From contig CM052816.1 of assembly GCA_028534125.1 (NCBI GenBank), positions 59,708,001 to 59,772,000 on the forward strand: DNA of 64,000 nt, read 5' to 3'. The position numbers and the translations under genes are program-made. The stretch is from Lama glama. Its lineage: Eukaryota. The notes beneath the pieces were generated by a model. The model was given only the letters and a program-made list of their open reading frames with translations, did not search any database and was not told the DNA's origin. Shown in pieces: positions 23,771-36,919 of this stretch. Each line of letters begins with the position of its first letter. Positions within the stretch are counted from its first letter, which is position 1.

Positions 23771-26207
23771 CTTTCAGGGGTGACTCACATGGTCACAGTT
23801 CTCTAGTAAATCATTTATTCCCCACCAGCTGTCTGCTTCTCTCACCAGCAAATCACATCCTGATGAAATCCAGTCAATATCAATTCTCCATCACAAAAGA
23901 TTTTCTCCCTTTTCATATTGTTACATCTTACAAGTCAATCCCACCCCCAAACTCTTCAATGCTTTCTTTCTTTTACTCTACTTCTACTCTGATGGCCTGG
24001 TTAGCAACCAGTAATCTTTTCTTATCTGGAAAGGGCTGTGGATTGGGTGGCCAGAGATGGCCACTTAAATTGCCACAGAGGTGTCTGGCCCTTTAAAGCA
24101 CTGAGGGCTGTTGTGTCAGTCACTCAAGGTAAAATAACCTTCTCACAGGGGTCTCACACCAGAAGGAGGTGTGAGGACTACAGAGAGGAGAATTTAGACA
24201 TCGGTGGCAGAGATGACTGAAGAGAAGGAGGGTTAAATGGATGCATGTCCCTCCCAGAGGCTGTTTCTCCTCTGGGGCTGGTTTCTCTAGACAGGAGGGC
24301 CTTCCTCCTTCTCTCCTATTCTTCCTTCAGCTCAAGCCAGCCACTCCCCACCTCCCCACCTTTCCACTCAAATCAGTCTCTGATTTAAATGTCAAATTGT
24401 GCCTATGCTGCATTTTCAGTGGGGTCCCTTACTTGGGTTGTTGCTAGATATTTAATGGAAAAATATTCTCCATGAGTAAGAGATATGGAACCTCACATCC
24501 ATGTTCCTAATGGGATAAAAATAAATTAGTGGATTCATTTACTTAAATGTCTTTAAATGAAGCCTTGACCCAGATGAAGCAGTCAAGAGGTCCAAAGCAA
24601 AGAGCCAGCAAGATTTTCTCTGTGTGATTTCTGTTCATTCTTGGCTTTATTCTCACAAAATATCCACTCAGTGTGTAACAGGATCAGAATGCAAATAGCC
24701 AGACCACCAGTGCAACTTTTGAGAGCAAAAACCAAATTATGTACACTGTCTTACTAATTTGTCTAAAAAGAAGTATCTGGCCATACAAGTATTTATATTA
24801 CCCCTCTTTTTGCATGGAAGATAGTCTAGCATTTTCTAGTTTGTTCCCCTCTGCCCTTCACTCGAGTTTTATATAGTATGTTTCACACCAAGCTCCTAGC
24901 AAGGCCTGAAAACAGAGCAGGTATTCCAGAAATTACAATGTTTAACTGACTGGTGTTCAAACCCAGGAAAACCACAGTCAAGAAGCTGAAATATTTGGCT
25001 TTCTCTAAATGTTAATGTCAAACACAATGTGAGCTCAAACTTTCACAAAAAAAAAAAGTTAGAAAATGATGCATTAGTGGAGGGGGAGATAGGACAGTGG
25101 ACCTCAGACTCTGAGAGCTAGTCTGAAACATTTCAAAAAATTAAAGAAATGAAAGCCCAGGGTTTCTTGGGATGTGTCATAAGATGCTTAAGACAAGAGA
25201 TCTGTTCAATAATCACTGATCAGAGGTGAACCTTGAGCACCAACAATGGAGGAGGAAGAGGGGTAGGGCAAGAGGTGCCTGTGGGATCCTGGAATCACCC
25301 GCCCATCACCTCCTCTTTCTTCCCTTCCATTCCAGACCCCACACATTGGCTCACAGTGCAAGGGTGTTCAGGCTCCACTCCTGCCAGGCTCATCCCACTG
25401 GAGTTCACTGAGAAAGAAGGAGAAGGAAGCAATGACTCCTTGCTTCTCGGCCTCTCACCCCTCCACCTTTGCCAAAAATTAAACATATTTGATGGAACAA
25501 AACAATTCCTCTGACTGCTAAGCTCTGATGAAACAATAGGGTCTAAACACATCTGCTGGCCTTTGTTAGGGAAGTTTTTTGCTCTGAAGCCTCACATGTC
25601 TGGAAGTACATGTTTGCGTGCGTGTGTGCATGCGTGCGTGTGTGTTGTACAGAGGTGATCAGCTAGCTTTAACTTTAGGCTAGATTCACCATACTAATAA
25701 GAATTCTTAACTTCTGAGGGTCACAAGGTTCATACTGGAGCATTTTTTTTAGTATAAATGATAATTTGTGAATTTTCTAAGGTCATATATTTGGACACAA
25801 AATAAAACAACCAAACAACCAGCCAACCAACTGAACAACAACAAAACCTACCATAAAGTTTTACTTACCTTCAAGACTACCTTCATACTATAAAAAGACT
25901 TAATGAAACAGTTCATGTTTTAAAACTGACACAAATTTATTTTACAGGACACCTACCAGATATCTTCTTGATCAAACACTTCTGTTTTCTGTTATTTCGC
26001 CATCTTAAGATCTTTAATCTTTCCTATAAGTCCCTCAGAAGCCTGACTGAGATAGGTTAAAAGCTCCATTAACTACAACTTACAGGTGAGAACTTAAAGG
26101 CTTGAGTGATCTTAAAAACTTTCATAAATATCTTTCAGAAATGTTCAGTGGCTTCAAGTTCAGTTACAGCATTCGGAGATTTGAATGAGAGGAAAGGTAA
26201 AGTTCTA

Positions 26208-26750
26208 CAGCTGTTCTGTCCAACACAAAAGCCACACGTGGCCATGAACATTCTAAGTGCAGAAAGAACAACTAAGGACATTTTAAGGGTGATTGCAACA
26301 ATTTGGATACATGAATGTAATTTTTAAATTTTATGTATGTATGTATGTATGTATGTATGCATGCATGTATATATTTATTATCTTTGAAGTCCATCAATTG
26401 ATTTTTTTAATTAAAAAATAGTCAGTTTACAATTTTGTACTAATTTCTGATGTACAGCATAACCCATACTGATCATGGGTTTCAGGTGAAAATTTGTTAT
26501 CTGAATTGAGATGTGCTCTAAGTGTAAAACACACACCAGATTCTGAACACTTCCTATGAAAACAAAGTGTCATTTATATAACCTTTATATTGATTAAAGG
26601 TGAAGATGATAATATTTTGGATACATTGGGCTAAATGAAATATATTGTTAAAATCGTTTTACTGCTTTCTTTTTATTTTTTCAAACATGACTACTAGAAA
26701 ATTTAAGATTGTATATATGGCTTATACTGTATTTTCAGTTGATAATCCTC
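26208..26750. mobile_element. MER33/MER3-like hAT-Charlie fossil, interrupted by (TATG)n and a short L1 tail (~26400-26462)
   Basis: ctgtccaacac...agccacacgtggcc; tgaattgagatgtgctctaagtgtaaaacacacacc; gataatattttggatacattggg; ctactagaaaatttaa. Confidence 0.75.
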
Positions 26751-27090
26751 GTCCAAAGGGCAGTTTTGACTTAAATGTAACTATTGTAGTTCAGCCACCT
26801 GTCTAATCATACCCCTGGCAGTAAGCTTCAATATTTATTTGTCAAACATGCTTTTTGTGTTCAAATAAAATGACTTAAATCTTCAAAGGAAAACTGAAGT
26901 TAGGAAGGAAGAGAACGAAAGAGGTAAAAGGCTACAGCCAATGAGCTTTCATCTCCGTGAACAAGCAAATGCAAATGCTTTTTATTATAGTCACAAAAAT
27001 TTGTAAGTTCTAATTCTTAAGTGAAATATGTGTACATACAAATGCTTGCATGTATATACATATAGGTGTACATATGTACAAAGATATATA

Positions 27091-27195
27091 CAGGCATGCT
27101 TGCTCCATGCAGGGTTGCCACAAACCTTCAGTTTGTAAAAATCTCAGTATCTGCGAGGCACATAAAGTGAAGTGCAATAAAACAAGGTATGCTTT
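27091..27195 (-). mobile_element. Tigger1-type terminal fragment or mini-element
   Basis: gcagggttgccacaaaccttcagtttgtaaaaa...aagtgcaataaaacaaggtatgc is the reverse complement of a Tigger1 end; TA on both sides. Confidence 0.8.
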
Positions 27196-27759
27196 TATAG
27201 AGATATATATATATGGTCACTGATAGAATCAGAGTGGAAAGGAAATTTAATTCTGGCCAGTTTTCCATGATACTGCACAGAAAAAATTGGAAACAGGAGA
27301 GGTATGCTTTAAGAATCCATTTTTGTGGTATTGTCAGTGGAAATGTGGACTTATAGGAAACACATTTCTAATGATACAGTGACTACAAAATGTCAAGGGT
27401 TGGGGGTCGAGGGGAGAACATCACTAATGACATTTCCAAATCAGAGAATTTTCTTTGGATATTTTCACTTTTCTTCTTTTCTTTCCAGAAGGTTTATCCC
27501 AGCTCCAGGTTGAGCTGCTTCTGCACCTTAAAAATCCTACCCTTGAAATCTCTAATATCAGTCCTGCAAATCACTAGTAGATACAGCATCTATGATTTTG
27601 GCACCGTGGAATCACTGTGTTCCACTGCCACTTACATAGTAATTATACCTGTAAACATCCTCATTCAGCTCTAATGCTTCATCCAATTGATAGTTCCATT
27701 ATCCAGCCCATCACCATGGAGAGACGTAAGTTAACCCCAACTTATTCGTCCTTACCTCC

Positions 27760-28480
27760 CAAAACCCAGTCAATCCTTACCACATCCAGAATCTCTCAGC
27801 TTTATCCTCTCTCTTTATCCCCACTCATCAGCTCCAGACTGGACCCAGTAGCCTCATAACTCGTCTCCCAGTCTTCAGTATTATCCCCTTGGATCTATAC
27901 TTCAAAATCTTTCAAAAAATTATCTATCTAAAATTGAATCTGACATCATTCCCCATTTAAATACATCCAAAGGCTACATGTCATCAATAGAATTCAGGTT
28001 CCTCTGCCTGGCCTACAAGGCCTGTGGTGCTTGGCACCTACCTAAAATTTCATTATTTGTTATTTCTTGACTCATACTTAATGCTTAAATATTATCAACT
28101 GATTATGATTTCTTGTAGACTCTGTGCTATTTTTATGACTTTCTGCCTTGGCTTCTACTTGTCCCTTTATTTGGAACACCATTCCCAATTACCTTAATGT
28201 TGCTTATCTTTTGAGACACAGTTTAGTTATAATCTGTCATAGGAAGTCTTTCCTGAACCTCCAGGCTGTGCTGTGGGCACCCTTCTCTGTATTCTCATAG
28301 CACAGGGGGCAGACTTCTAGTTCAGTATTTAACATGTTATACTGAAATTATTAAAACTATCTGCTAAGTGTCTCTCTTCTTCTAGATCCTAAGACCCACT
28401 TACAGCAGGGACCAGAACTTACCTTTATAGTCTCACAGCTAATATCAGCTGACTTTTGGTAAATGTTTGTTAGAATGACT
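27760..28480 (+). mobile_element. L2 LINE 3' region
   Basis: agcctcataactcgtctccc; ctgcctggcctacaaggcc; aggaagtctttcctgaacctccaggctg; gtaaatgtttgttagaatga. Confidence 0.75.
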
Positions 28481-30239
28481 TGGACAAGGGGAAGTGTCTA
28501 AAAGGACTGAGGTTGGAAGCCTCTACATCTATAAAGTCAAAGCTTGTGCTCCTAGTGGTCTCACCATCAAACAAGAGACTGAAATTTCAGGAAAGTATTA
28601 ACATAGTGGCAGAATGAGTGAGAGAAGAGTGTAGCCACAAGCTGTTGACACACAAAAAAATTCCTAGAGAAGGAACTCACATAATCAATGAACACGTGGG
28701 GAAGCCCTCACTGGTAGCCCAAAACCTGGACCCTTCTGCTCCTGTCCTCCAGGAAGCACAGGCCTTGCTAGAATATTATCTATCTCTGACCTTTCATTCT
28801 ACTCTAACAAATTGTTTTTATCAGATTTCACCTGTAAAAAACAATCGTGGACTCAGGGAGTGTAATTTTCTAAAGTACAAACAAAGCCAATTACGTTCAT
28901 GATTAAAGCAAGATCTAGTGGGTTTAAGAGCCAGCCCTCGGGAAACCAATGCATCAACTCAGTATGAAGAACAGACAGAGCTGAAAGTAATATCCAAATG
29001 ACTTACCTAAGCACCATTTCAAGAAAGCTTTTTGATGACTTTTCCAACTGGCAACCAACACCTAGTGGCCTGCAGTGTGGCAGCTATTTCCAATCCAGGA
29101 AGATCGGTGGGACCTGGAAGATTGAATTGGCACTTTTAATTTCTGGCTCAGCACTAAGGCTTTGCCCAGATGAGTGGCTACTGGAGAGGCTGGCTTTCTT
29201 TTATGTTCAGTTACCTGTACTAGGCAATATGTGCGGGAAGTGTCGAGGGATGGTGACTAACATTTCATCTCCCACTTTATTGAGAGACCAATTTAAGTGT
29301 CATCTAAGCAACTGAAACTCAACAAATCTCCATAATGAAGAACTCCTGCCCAAAGGGCAGCCAGTGGAAAGAGGAGTTGCCTCTCACAACCTCTTCTCCC
29401 ATGTTCGCATTTGGCTTTATTATAGTGGCAAACCAGTCACCCTAAGAAGAGCTGATCTTGTGGCTTGAGATTTTCCAAGCCAGATGTGCAGATGAATGTG
29501 CAGATTAACAACGGGAAAGCATATTTGAAAAGCTTTCAAGCCCATTCAAACTTGTGTAGGTTTCACATGCACTTTGTGAGCCCAAAGCTTATGAAAGAGT
29601 CTGTGTTCTTGGACTGTGGTGCCTGGAGGCCTGCGGAAAAGCAGGTATTTCTACACCGAGACACTGAGCAGCCTTTCCCTCCTCTTCCCACACTTCTGGG
29701 CAGAGAATTGGCCCCAGGAAAGTATAGTGTGAGCTGGGGCCGCAGAAAGAGGGAGGCAAAGGAGCAGTGACAGCAGAAAGAGCAACGAGGTCGAGACTAA
29801 TAGCAGAGTAGCAGGAGGGAGGTGATGGTCTGGGAAGAGAGGCAAGTCTGACAACCCTGCATTATGTTGTCAAAGGCTAAACAGAGTGAGTCCTACTCCC
29901 TTTTCGACTGTGGGAAAGAGTGATTATGACTGAGCCTGGTTTCCCACATCATTTTCTAGTGATCATACCTCTCACAGTGTTAAGCAGATGAGAAATGACA
30001 TCGGATGCAAGACATGCAGTTGAGCCCAGAGGGAAAGGGCATGGTAAAGGGACAATGATGTATTGCCCATGCAGCGCTACATACATTTAGAAATGAAACT
30101 TTCTTTGTACTATTCCTTGCATTACGAAAGCTTCTCTGGCAATTTCTTGTGTTATCAGGTAGTTGTTCTTGTACATGACATCCCAAGTGTGAATGGCAGA
30201 TGTTCACACTCATGTGCCAAATGCCTACTGCATGAAAGG

Positions 30240-30510
30240 ACCAGCTGTGGGTCCTGGCCAGCTGCTAACCCAGATGGCTTCTGCACAGGAAGTGAACACC
30301 TTTTATAGAACACAATATCGCCTCTTCTGAGCCCCAAATAGACTGGTGCAGTCAAGTCCTCCCAAGGAAAATCTCGGTGGCCAAATTCCCTTTTGTCCAA
30401 ACACATGACTTCTACTACTTGGTCAAAGTGTGTGGCTACGGACAAGGACAAGGACACCAGGGATCTATTTCCTTGGTATCTGCTCACCTTTGTAGCGTGA
30501 GTCATTGGGT
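30240..30510 (-). promoter_or_regulatory. Candidate TATA/ETS/AP-1 promoter or enhancer
   Basis: Minus-strand TATAAAAGG (30299-30307), ACAGGAAGTG (30285-30294), two CAGCTG, TGAGTCA (30498-30504). Motif evidence only. Confidence 0.25.
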
Positions 30511-30569
30511 ACCCTGTGGCTGTGCTCATACATTGTTTCATCTCTGTGATGGCTCTGGAGGTAAGGTCA

Positions 30570-31052
30570 ATGTGACCGCTTGGATCTCATCTCCTGCCAG
30601 CTCCCCCTTTTGCTCACTCACTCTAGCTCCACTGGCCTTGATGGTCTCCCCTCAGCCCCGAGCTTTTACAATTAGGCTTCTCATCTCCAGGCTCCCATCC
30701 TTGTCTTCCCAGGGCTAACTTCCTCAGGTTTGGTTTCTGTTTAAATATCATAACTTCAGAAAGGCTTTCCCTGACCATCACATCAACCTCCTTCTCCAAT
30801 CCACACCTCTCCATCCCTATACAATCTATCGTCTACCCTGGCTAATTTCTCTGCAAGCACTTTTAACTATCTTTAAACCATATGAATCCTTATTTAGTCA
30901 TTTTGATCTTGTTGTCTGTGTCTGCAATTAAAATGCAGGATCTATATAGGCATGAGCCTTTCCTCTCTCCTTTACTGATTTCTAGTGCCAAGACAGTGCT
31001 TGATACATAGTAGGGCAATAAATACTGGTTGACTGAATGAAACAGTGAATGA
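30570..31052 (+). mobile_element. L2a 3' region
   Basis: ctcactctagctccactggcctt; aaatatcataacttcagaaaggctttccctgacca; acatagtagggcaataaatactggttgactgaatgaa. Confidence 0.8.
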
Positions 31053-32789
31053 TGTGTGGAAAATGTATAGTTAACTGGCTTGTTCTCCACCACTCAATTA
31101 GGCAGAGGGGAGAATGTGACTCAAACCAGGTCTTGGGATTTCAAATTCCATGCTATTTCCTGTATACAATGTTACCTCTATTGCAAAACTTACATTTGGT
31201 TTCAATGTTTATTCTAGGGGAAAATAAACTAATCTAGACTGGAATCCTAAGGCCACTGTCACCACTTTCAGAATTTGGAAATGCTCTGATGATTTATTAT
31301 CAGGCGTTTTATTTTTAACCTCCTAAAGCTGAAAGCAGCACTTTCCCTAAGGGAGTACAAAGTGAGACACCCAAGACAATAATTTCTGGAAGAGGGGAGC
31401 TATGAAGCCTTAATGAATGTGTGATGTTTCCAGTCAGCTTCCAGTAATGAGAGATATAAAAGGACTCTTGAGAGAGCAGCAGGGTCACCATCTTGATTTC
31501 AAGTGAACAGATTATAACCCTGATTATAGTGTGTGCACAAATGTTCACCTGAAATACAGATAATAGCATCTTTCCTGTGTCCCCAGATCCTTTAACAGAA
31601 AAATCTCTCCCTTTCGGATCAGTGACACTTAATTATAATATACATTATTCCTCATCACAAGATCCATGTATATAAAAAGGCTATACATATTCTAAAAACC
31701 TCATTATGTACTTATTAAATACGTATTAAGCATTTATACTATTATTATAAGTATTTTTTAGATGTAGAATCGATATGTGCTCATCATATACAATTTGGAA
31801 AGTAAAACTCCTAAATGAGAAGATCATTCACAATCCCACATGATTTTACAGATGAACTGTAGAATCATTTAACCAAGTTCAAAGAAGAGTAATTCTACTG
31901 GAGCTGTACATGATATTTCTTTTTATGTTTATATTTCATGAAACATAAATTAACATTTAAAGAACTGGCATTTTTATAATATTCAGTCTTCAATTCAGTA
32001 AGCATGATGCATATTCCCATTTGTTTAATTTTAAAAACATAGTATCAGTATATATAAATGCATTATAGATGTATGTATTATATATACATACATTATATAC
32101 ACACAGACACATTTATCAAATATATGCAAGATTTGTATGAAGAAAAATGCTAAACTTTACTGAGGTATATAAACAAGACCTGACTATAAATCTGAATAAT
32201 GTGTACATTATATATGTATAGAAATATGTATATATATATTTTGAATAATGTATGTATTTTTTATATAGTTTCACAATGTTTTTAAACTTGAAAACAATTT
32301 TTAATATTCTATTAATTTCATCATGTGATTGTCACATATATTATTTAACTATTGCCCTACTATACATCCTATTTAGGGAGATTTCAAGTTTTTACTCTAA
32401 ACAATGTTGAAATGAACATCCTAATGCACATTTTACTGTATACAACACTGATTATTTCCCCCTAGGTTTTCAGGAGTGGAATTATGAGATTGAAATATAT
32501 GAACTTCTCGAAGAATCTTGATATATAGTTCAAAGTACTTTTCTAGAAAGGTTGAACTAATTTACGTGCCTTTGACCTCTCAATTTATTTTACTATTTTT
32601 CTCTTCTAATATTTACTAATTTGTAGGCAAATATGGTATCTAACTCTCATTTTAGTTCACATTTCTTTGAGCAATGAGGTTGACATCTGGGAAAACAGTT
32701 CAGCAGTATTACTTGTGCTTTCATAAATTTCCTGTGTTCAGGTCCTTAAATCTGAACTGATTCCAGGATGTTTTAGGAAGGCAGTAAAC

Positions 32790-32980
32790 AGTAGATCGGT
32801 AACTATTTAATAATTAGCTTCGGGGGACTCATTGTAGCATATGCTAATTTCTGTGGTGTAAATACTCCCACCACAGCCTATTTCAAGCTACTAACAGGAC
32901 ATAATTGAATATGGAATTGGGAAGAGTTATATTCAGTGGACTATAGCAAGTGGGAATGAGCCAACACCAGCACATCCCTG
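32790..32980. mobile_element. MER63A-like hAT (Blackjack) element
   Basis: aatttctgtggtgtaaatactcccaccacagcctatttcaagctac...ttgggaagag...ccagcacatccctg. Confidence 0.8.
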
Positions 32981-33004
32981 GAATACGGCTTTATGTTTAA
33001 ACAA

Positions 33005-33175
33005 TGAGCTTAGAGTTGTGATCAGGCTTAGATTCCCAGTCTTGCTGCGTACTAGCTGTGTGATCTTGGGCATGCATGGCAGTTTTTTCTTTTTTTGAGA
33101 TTTAATAAGATAATTAAAATATTTAGCACAGTCTCCAGCCCAGAGTAATAACTAAATAATACCTGTTATTATTAC
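33005..33175 (+). mobile_element. MIR fragment
   Basis: tactagctgtgtgatcttgggca and ttagcacagtctccagcccagagtaa. Confidence 0.65.
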
Positions 33176-34579
33176 TTTTTATATAGCACTGGTAATGTTT
33201 GTTTTTCCCTTTGTGAATTATCCCTATTCTTTGACCATTTATCTTTCAGGTTATTACTGTTTTTTCTTGTTGACTTATAAACATTTTACATACTGAGGGT
33301 ATTACCCATTAGGAATATTTCTGGCTTTTAAAAAAAATTGCTTCTTAATTGGATATATGCTTTTAGACAATTAGAAGTTAAACATAGCTGTTTAGATATG
33401 TTTGTGATTTCTTCTGTATTTATGCCTAGAAAATGTCTTATATCACATAATCAGACATGCCATAAATATTTTAAAAAAATTCTCCTCCAGGTCCTTTTCT
33501 AATTTCAATTGGTGTGTTTAACTGTTCAAATTTCTTAGAATTTATTTCAGAAAAATAATGTGGGTGAGAGACTAATTTTTAAGCATACATCCTACTAGCT
33601 ATATATATGTACACTGTGAACTGTGCACTATGAACCTGTCTCTTGTTACCTCATTTCCTCACTTGTAAATTAAAGATGATAACATTTACAACTTCATATA
33701 TTTGTTAAGTGAACTATTCTGAGTTATAACATGCAAAGAATAGAGAGTACTACCTGATACTGGTTAGCTATCTCCTCTTCCTCCTCCTCCGCCTCATTAT
33801 TACCATCATCACCATCTTCACTTTTATGTATCCCACCCTTTCCTTGTTGATTTTTTTTCTTTAAAAGACACTTTACTAGCAAAACAAAACAAACAAGATA
33901 TCACCACTACCAACAAATAAATACCGACACTTTTCTACGTGGGGCCCAAATTCAGCTTCCATGACCAAAGACACAGCTGTGAGGAGCACTGTAGGATTAA
34001 GTTGTTTTAGTCAGGCTATTAGAGAGGCAGTCTTGAGACTGCTGATTTTCATCTTGTAATTTTTTATTCACAGAAATAAGGTGCTCCAGAAGGCTGGGAG
34101 TCTACACCTGAAGTTGGGTCTAGGACCTGTTTGTCATGGACATAGTCATGGGTGATTCAGTCTAACAAAGAACAAACAGCACTGGAAGGCCACAGCCTGG
34201 TCCTTTTCAGAAACCTGGAACTTCTTTAGGGAAATCTGCCCCAAATAGAGAGAAGCTATTCACTGCCTTACAGACACCTAAGCACTGATTATCAGGACTG
34301 GGCCAAGCTGTGATTTCAGGGGCCCATGGAAAGACTTCTGCCCCTGCCTCAAGTTTCCCATCTGCAAAGCGTGCTGTTCCACACTTTAGTACAAGCATTG
34401 GAGAGATACTCAGTCCATTCTTGCTGTGACCGATGAATGCCTTGTCTGATTACCTGCACTAAGATGTACAAAAATGATGTAAAATTTTGGCTGAAAGTTG
34501 GGAGAACTGACAATGTTGTCCACTGTACACTTAAAGAAGTAGCAGGGGTCAGCAAAGATTAAGGCAAAGGGACAGAATG

Positions 34580-34705
34580 GTTAACAGGAAATAGCAAGAA
34601 GGCCTGGCACTGCTTAGGTCAGTTGTTTCCCCCAAACAACTTCCTGGTTCTGTATCAGGGACTTTCCATCACAACGTGACACAAGCAATTTTGTGTGCGG
34701 TGTGT
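34580..34705. promoter_or_regulatory. Candidate NF-kB/ETS/RUNX enhancer
   Basis: GGGACTTTCC (34658-34667), ACTTCCTG (34639-34646), TGCGGT (34696-34701). Motif evidence only. Confidence 0.25.
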
Positions 34706-34969
34706 GTGTGTGTACTTCCCACTACACAACTCTGAACAACACCCCAAACTTGGTGGCCATAATCTGTTGAATATTGCTTTAACTTATCATTTTATTTCCC
34801 TCTTTAGAGCTGTTTAGTTAAATGGGTGTCGATGGGTTGCTCCTCCTTCCAGGGAAGGTTTTCCAGGTGCACTTGCTATATTACTGGATAAGTGACATAT
34901 AAGCAGAAGAGAAGCCTTCACAGGGAACTGCGGCCCCTGCTGTAGGGAGTGGGTTTCTATCATGTGGCT

Positions 34970-35372
34970 CAATTTTAATTTTTCTGAAAAAGGCGTTATT
35001 TCTCCTTCACTATGGAAGGACAATTTCTCAGGATAGAGAATTCTAGGTTGGTGGGGTTTTTTGTTTGTTTTCTCTCAACACTTAAAATATTTTACTCTAT
35101 CTCTTTTTGCTTACAGGGTTTCTGGGTAGAAGTAGATGTAATTCTTATCTTTGTTGTTTATTCAAGTAAGGTGTTTTTAATCCTCCCTCTGACTTCTTTC
35201 AAGATTTCCCCTTTATCTTTAATATACTGTAGGTTGAATATGAGATGCGTAGATGTAGTGGTTTTTGGTTTTTGTTTTGTTTTGTTTTTAGGCATTTATT
35301 CTCTTTGGTGTTCTGTGAGCTTCCTAGATCTACAGTTTTGTGTCTGACATCAATTTTGGAAAATTCTTAAAT
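34970..35372 (-). mobile_element. L1M (MC/MD-type) ORF1-region fragment
   Basis: ttatttctccttcactatggaaggacaatttctcaggatagagaattctaggttggtgg...tgtctgacatcaattttggaaaattct. Confidence 0.8.
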
Positions 35373-35593
35373 TAAAAATTAAGATACAGGCTTGGTTCTG
35401 AAGCAGCTAACAGGACATGTCTCCACTTAAATTTCAATGCTTTTCAAAAAATTTTTTTAGTTATTTGTGAATGTTTCTTTTCACTTTCAGGTAAATTTAG
35501 AATAATCTTATCAGAGTTAAAAAAGAATGCCCCTATTTTAAGTGAAATTATTAACTTGTGAAGATTGAAAATAATATCCTTGGAAAAAAGGGG

Positions 35594-35606
35594 GTGTGTG
35601 TGTATG

Positions 35607-35638
<32 letters not shown>

Positions 35639-35780
35639 CCAATTAATATTTTATAACATGTGCATTTGTATATATAGTATCTCCTAATTAATAGAAATAA
35701 TATATAAATATACAAAAACCTATTTATATACATTGAAGAATATGTGTGTGTATATATATATATATATATAACTATATATT
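35594..35780. repeat. (TG)n/(TA)n microsatellites in an AT-rich tract
   Basis: Two TG-to-TA arrays at ~35594-35638 and ~35742-35770. Confidence 0.9.
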
Positions 35781-36919
35781 TACATGTAAATTTTGTTCTT
35801 TCTTCATCTCTAGACAGCAAGTTTCTTGAAAATACAAACCCTATTCTCTTTCTTTTGTACTACCTTGGTCCTGGCTAAGCAACTTCTGTGTTTTGAACAA
35901 ATGAATCCAGGTTCACTTTATACATGGAGGCAACAGGCTAGCACCATGTTAGACAATGCCTCCCATACACTTTCCAAGAGGCAGTTGGAAAATAATTACT
36001 CCTGAAAGTTAATTTTTTCTTTTCTCCTTTATATCATGCTTTGAAGGGATGTTACTAATGAGATGGGGTTAGAGAATGAGGGAAGTGTTACAGGGCAGCC
36101 TTTGTCTCATGCACACAGAGACAGCAGATTCCGCAAATTAACAATTATGTCTCCATATCTTAAGAAAAGTGTCTTTATTCTTGGCACATGATAGAATCCT
36201 TGTTCAGCAGGAAGGGATATAAAGAAATAGAGAGATAAATCATTTAACTGTGGTCAGATAGTTGCTCATTGCAACAAGGCGGATAATAAACAAAAACTGG
36301 AATTCTCAAATTGATTTGCTTCATGTGAGAGGTTTAAACTCAGTCCCGGCTGCAAAGTTAAGGTAAAGAATAAATTATACAATTATTCAATCCAATGGAT
36401 TTGATCAATGTAGACTATGAATATGGATTATTCAGTCCAAAGGATCCTTTTAAATAGCAGTGATTTTTAAATTATGCAGAAAATTCAACTCTCTAATAAC
36501 TTTTCCTAATTATAAATAATCTTAATTCTATTTTCAGTTCATAACTTTGTAAAATGTTTATATTCTTTAAAAACTGTCCTGAATATACTTTGATATCTAA
36601 ATAATAATATATGTTAGTTATAATTATTGAAATCACATTATTTCTATATATGTATTTAAGCTTTTTGCTTTAAACCAATTTAAATATTTTAAATAAAAAT
36701 CTAATTAGAAAAATAAATTAATAGAAAAATGAGGTAGATATTTATATCATATGTTTGCAAATGAGTCATATGTTTATCTATTCATGAATAGGTCAGATTT
36801 ATGTTTTTATCAACAAATCTGTTCATTTAAATGTTATTAGGTACATTAATTACATAAACATTTCAGGGAAGAGAGTTTAAAAGACATGAATAGATGATGA
36901 CACTGAATGCTTTTCTTGT

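Larger units (their letters stand above)
31750..33560 (-). mobile_element. Fragmented old L1ME-type sequence with nested MER63 and MIR
   Basis: Antisense L1 3' motifs such as aaacaatgttgaaatgaacatcct, ggagtggaattatgag and tttgtgaattatccctattctttgaccattt. Confidence 0.5.

Noticed and set aside
35470..35500. Recursive-splice-like tttcactttcAG|GTaaat
   Set aside because: It sits in antisense L1-like T-rich sequence, the donor is weak, and no host gene is established.
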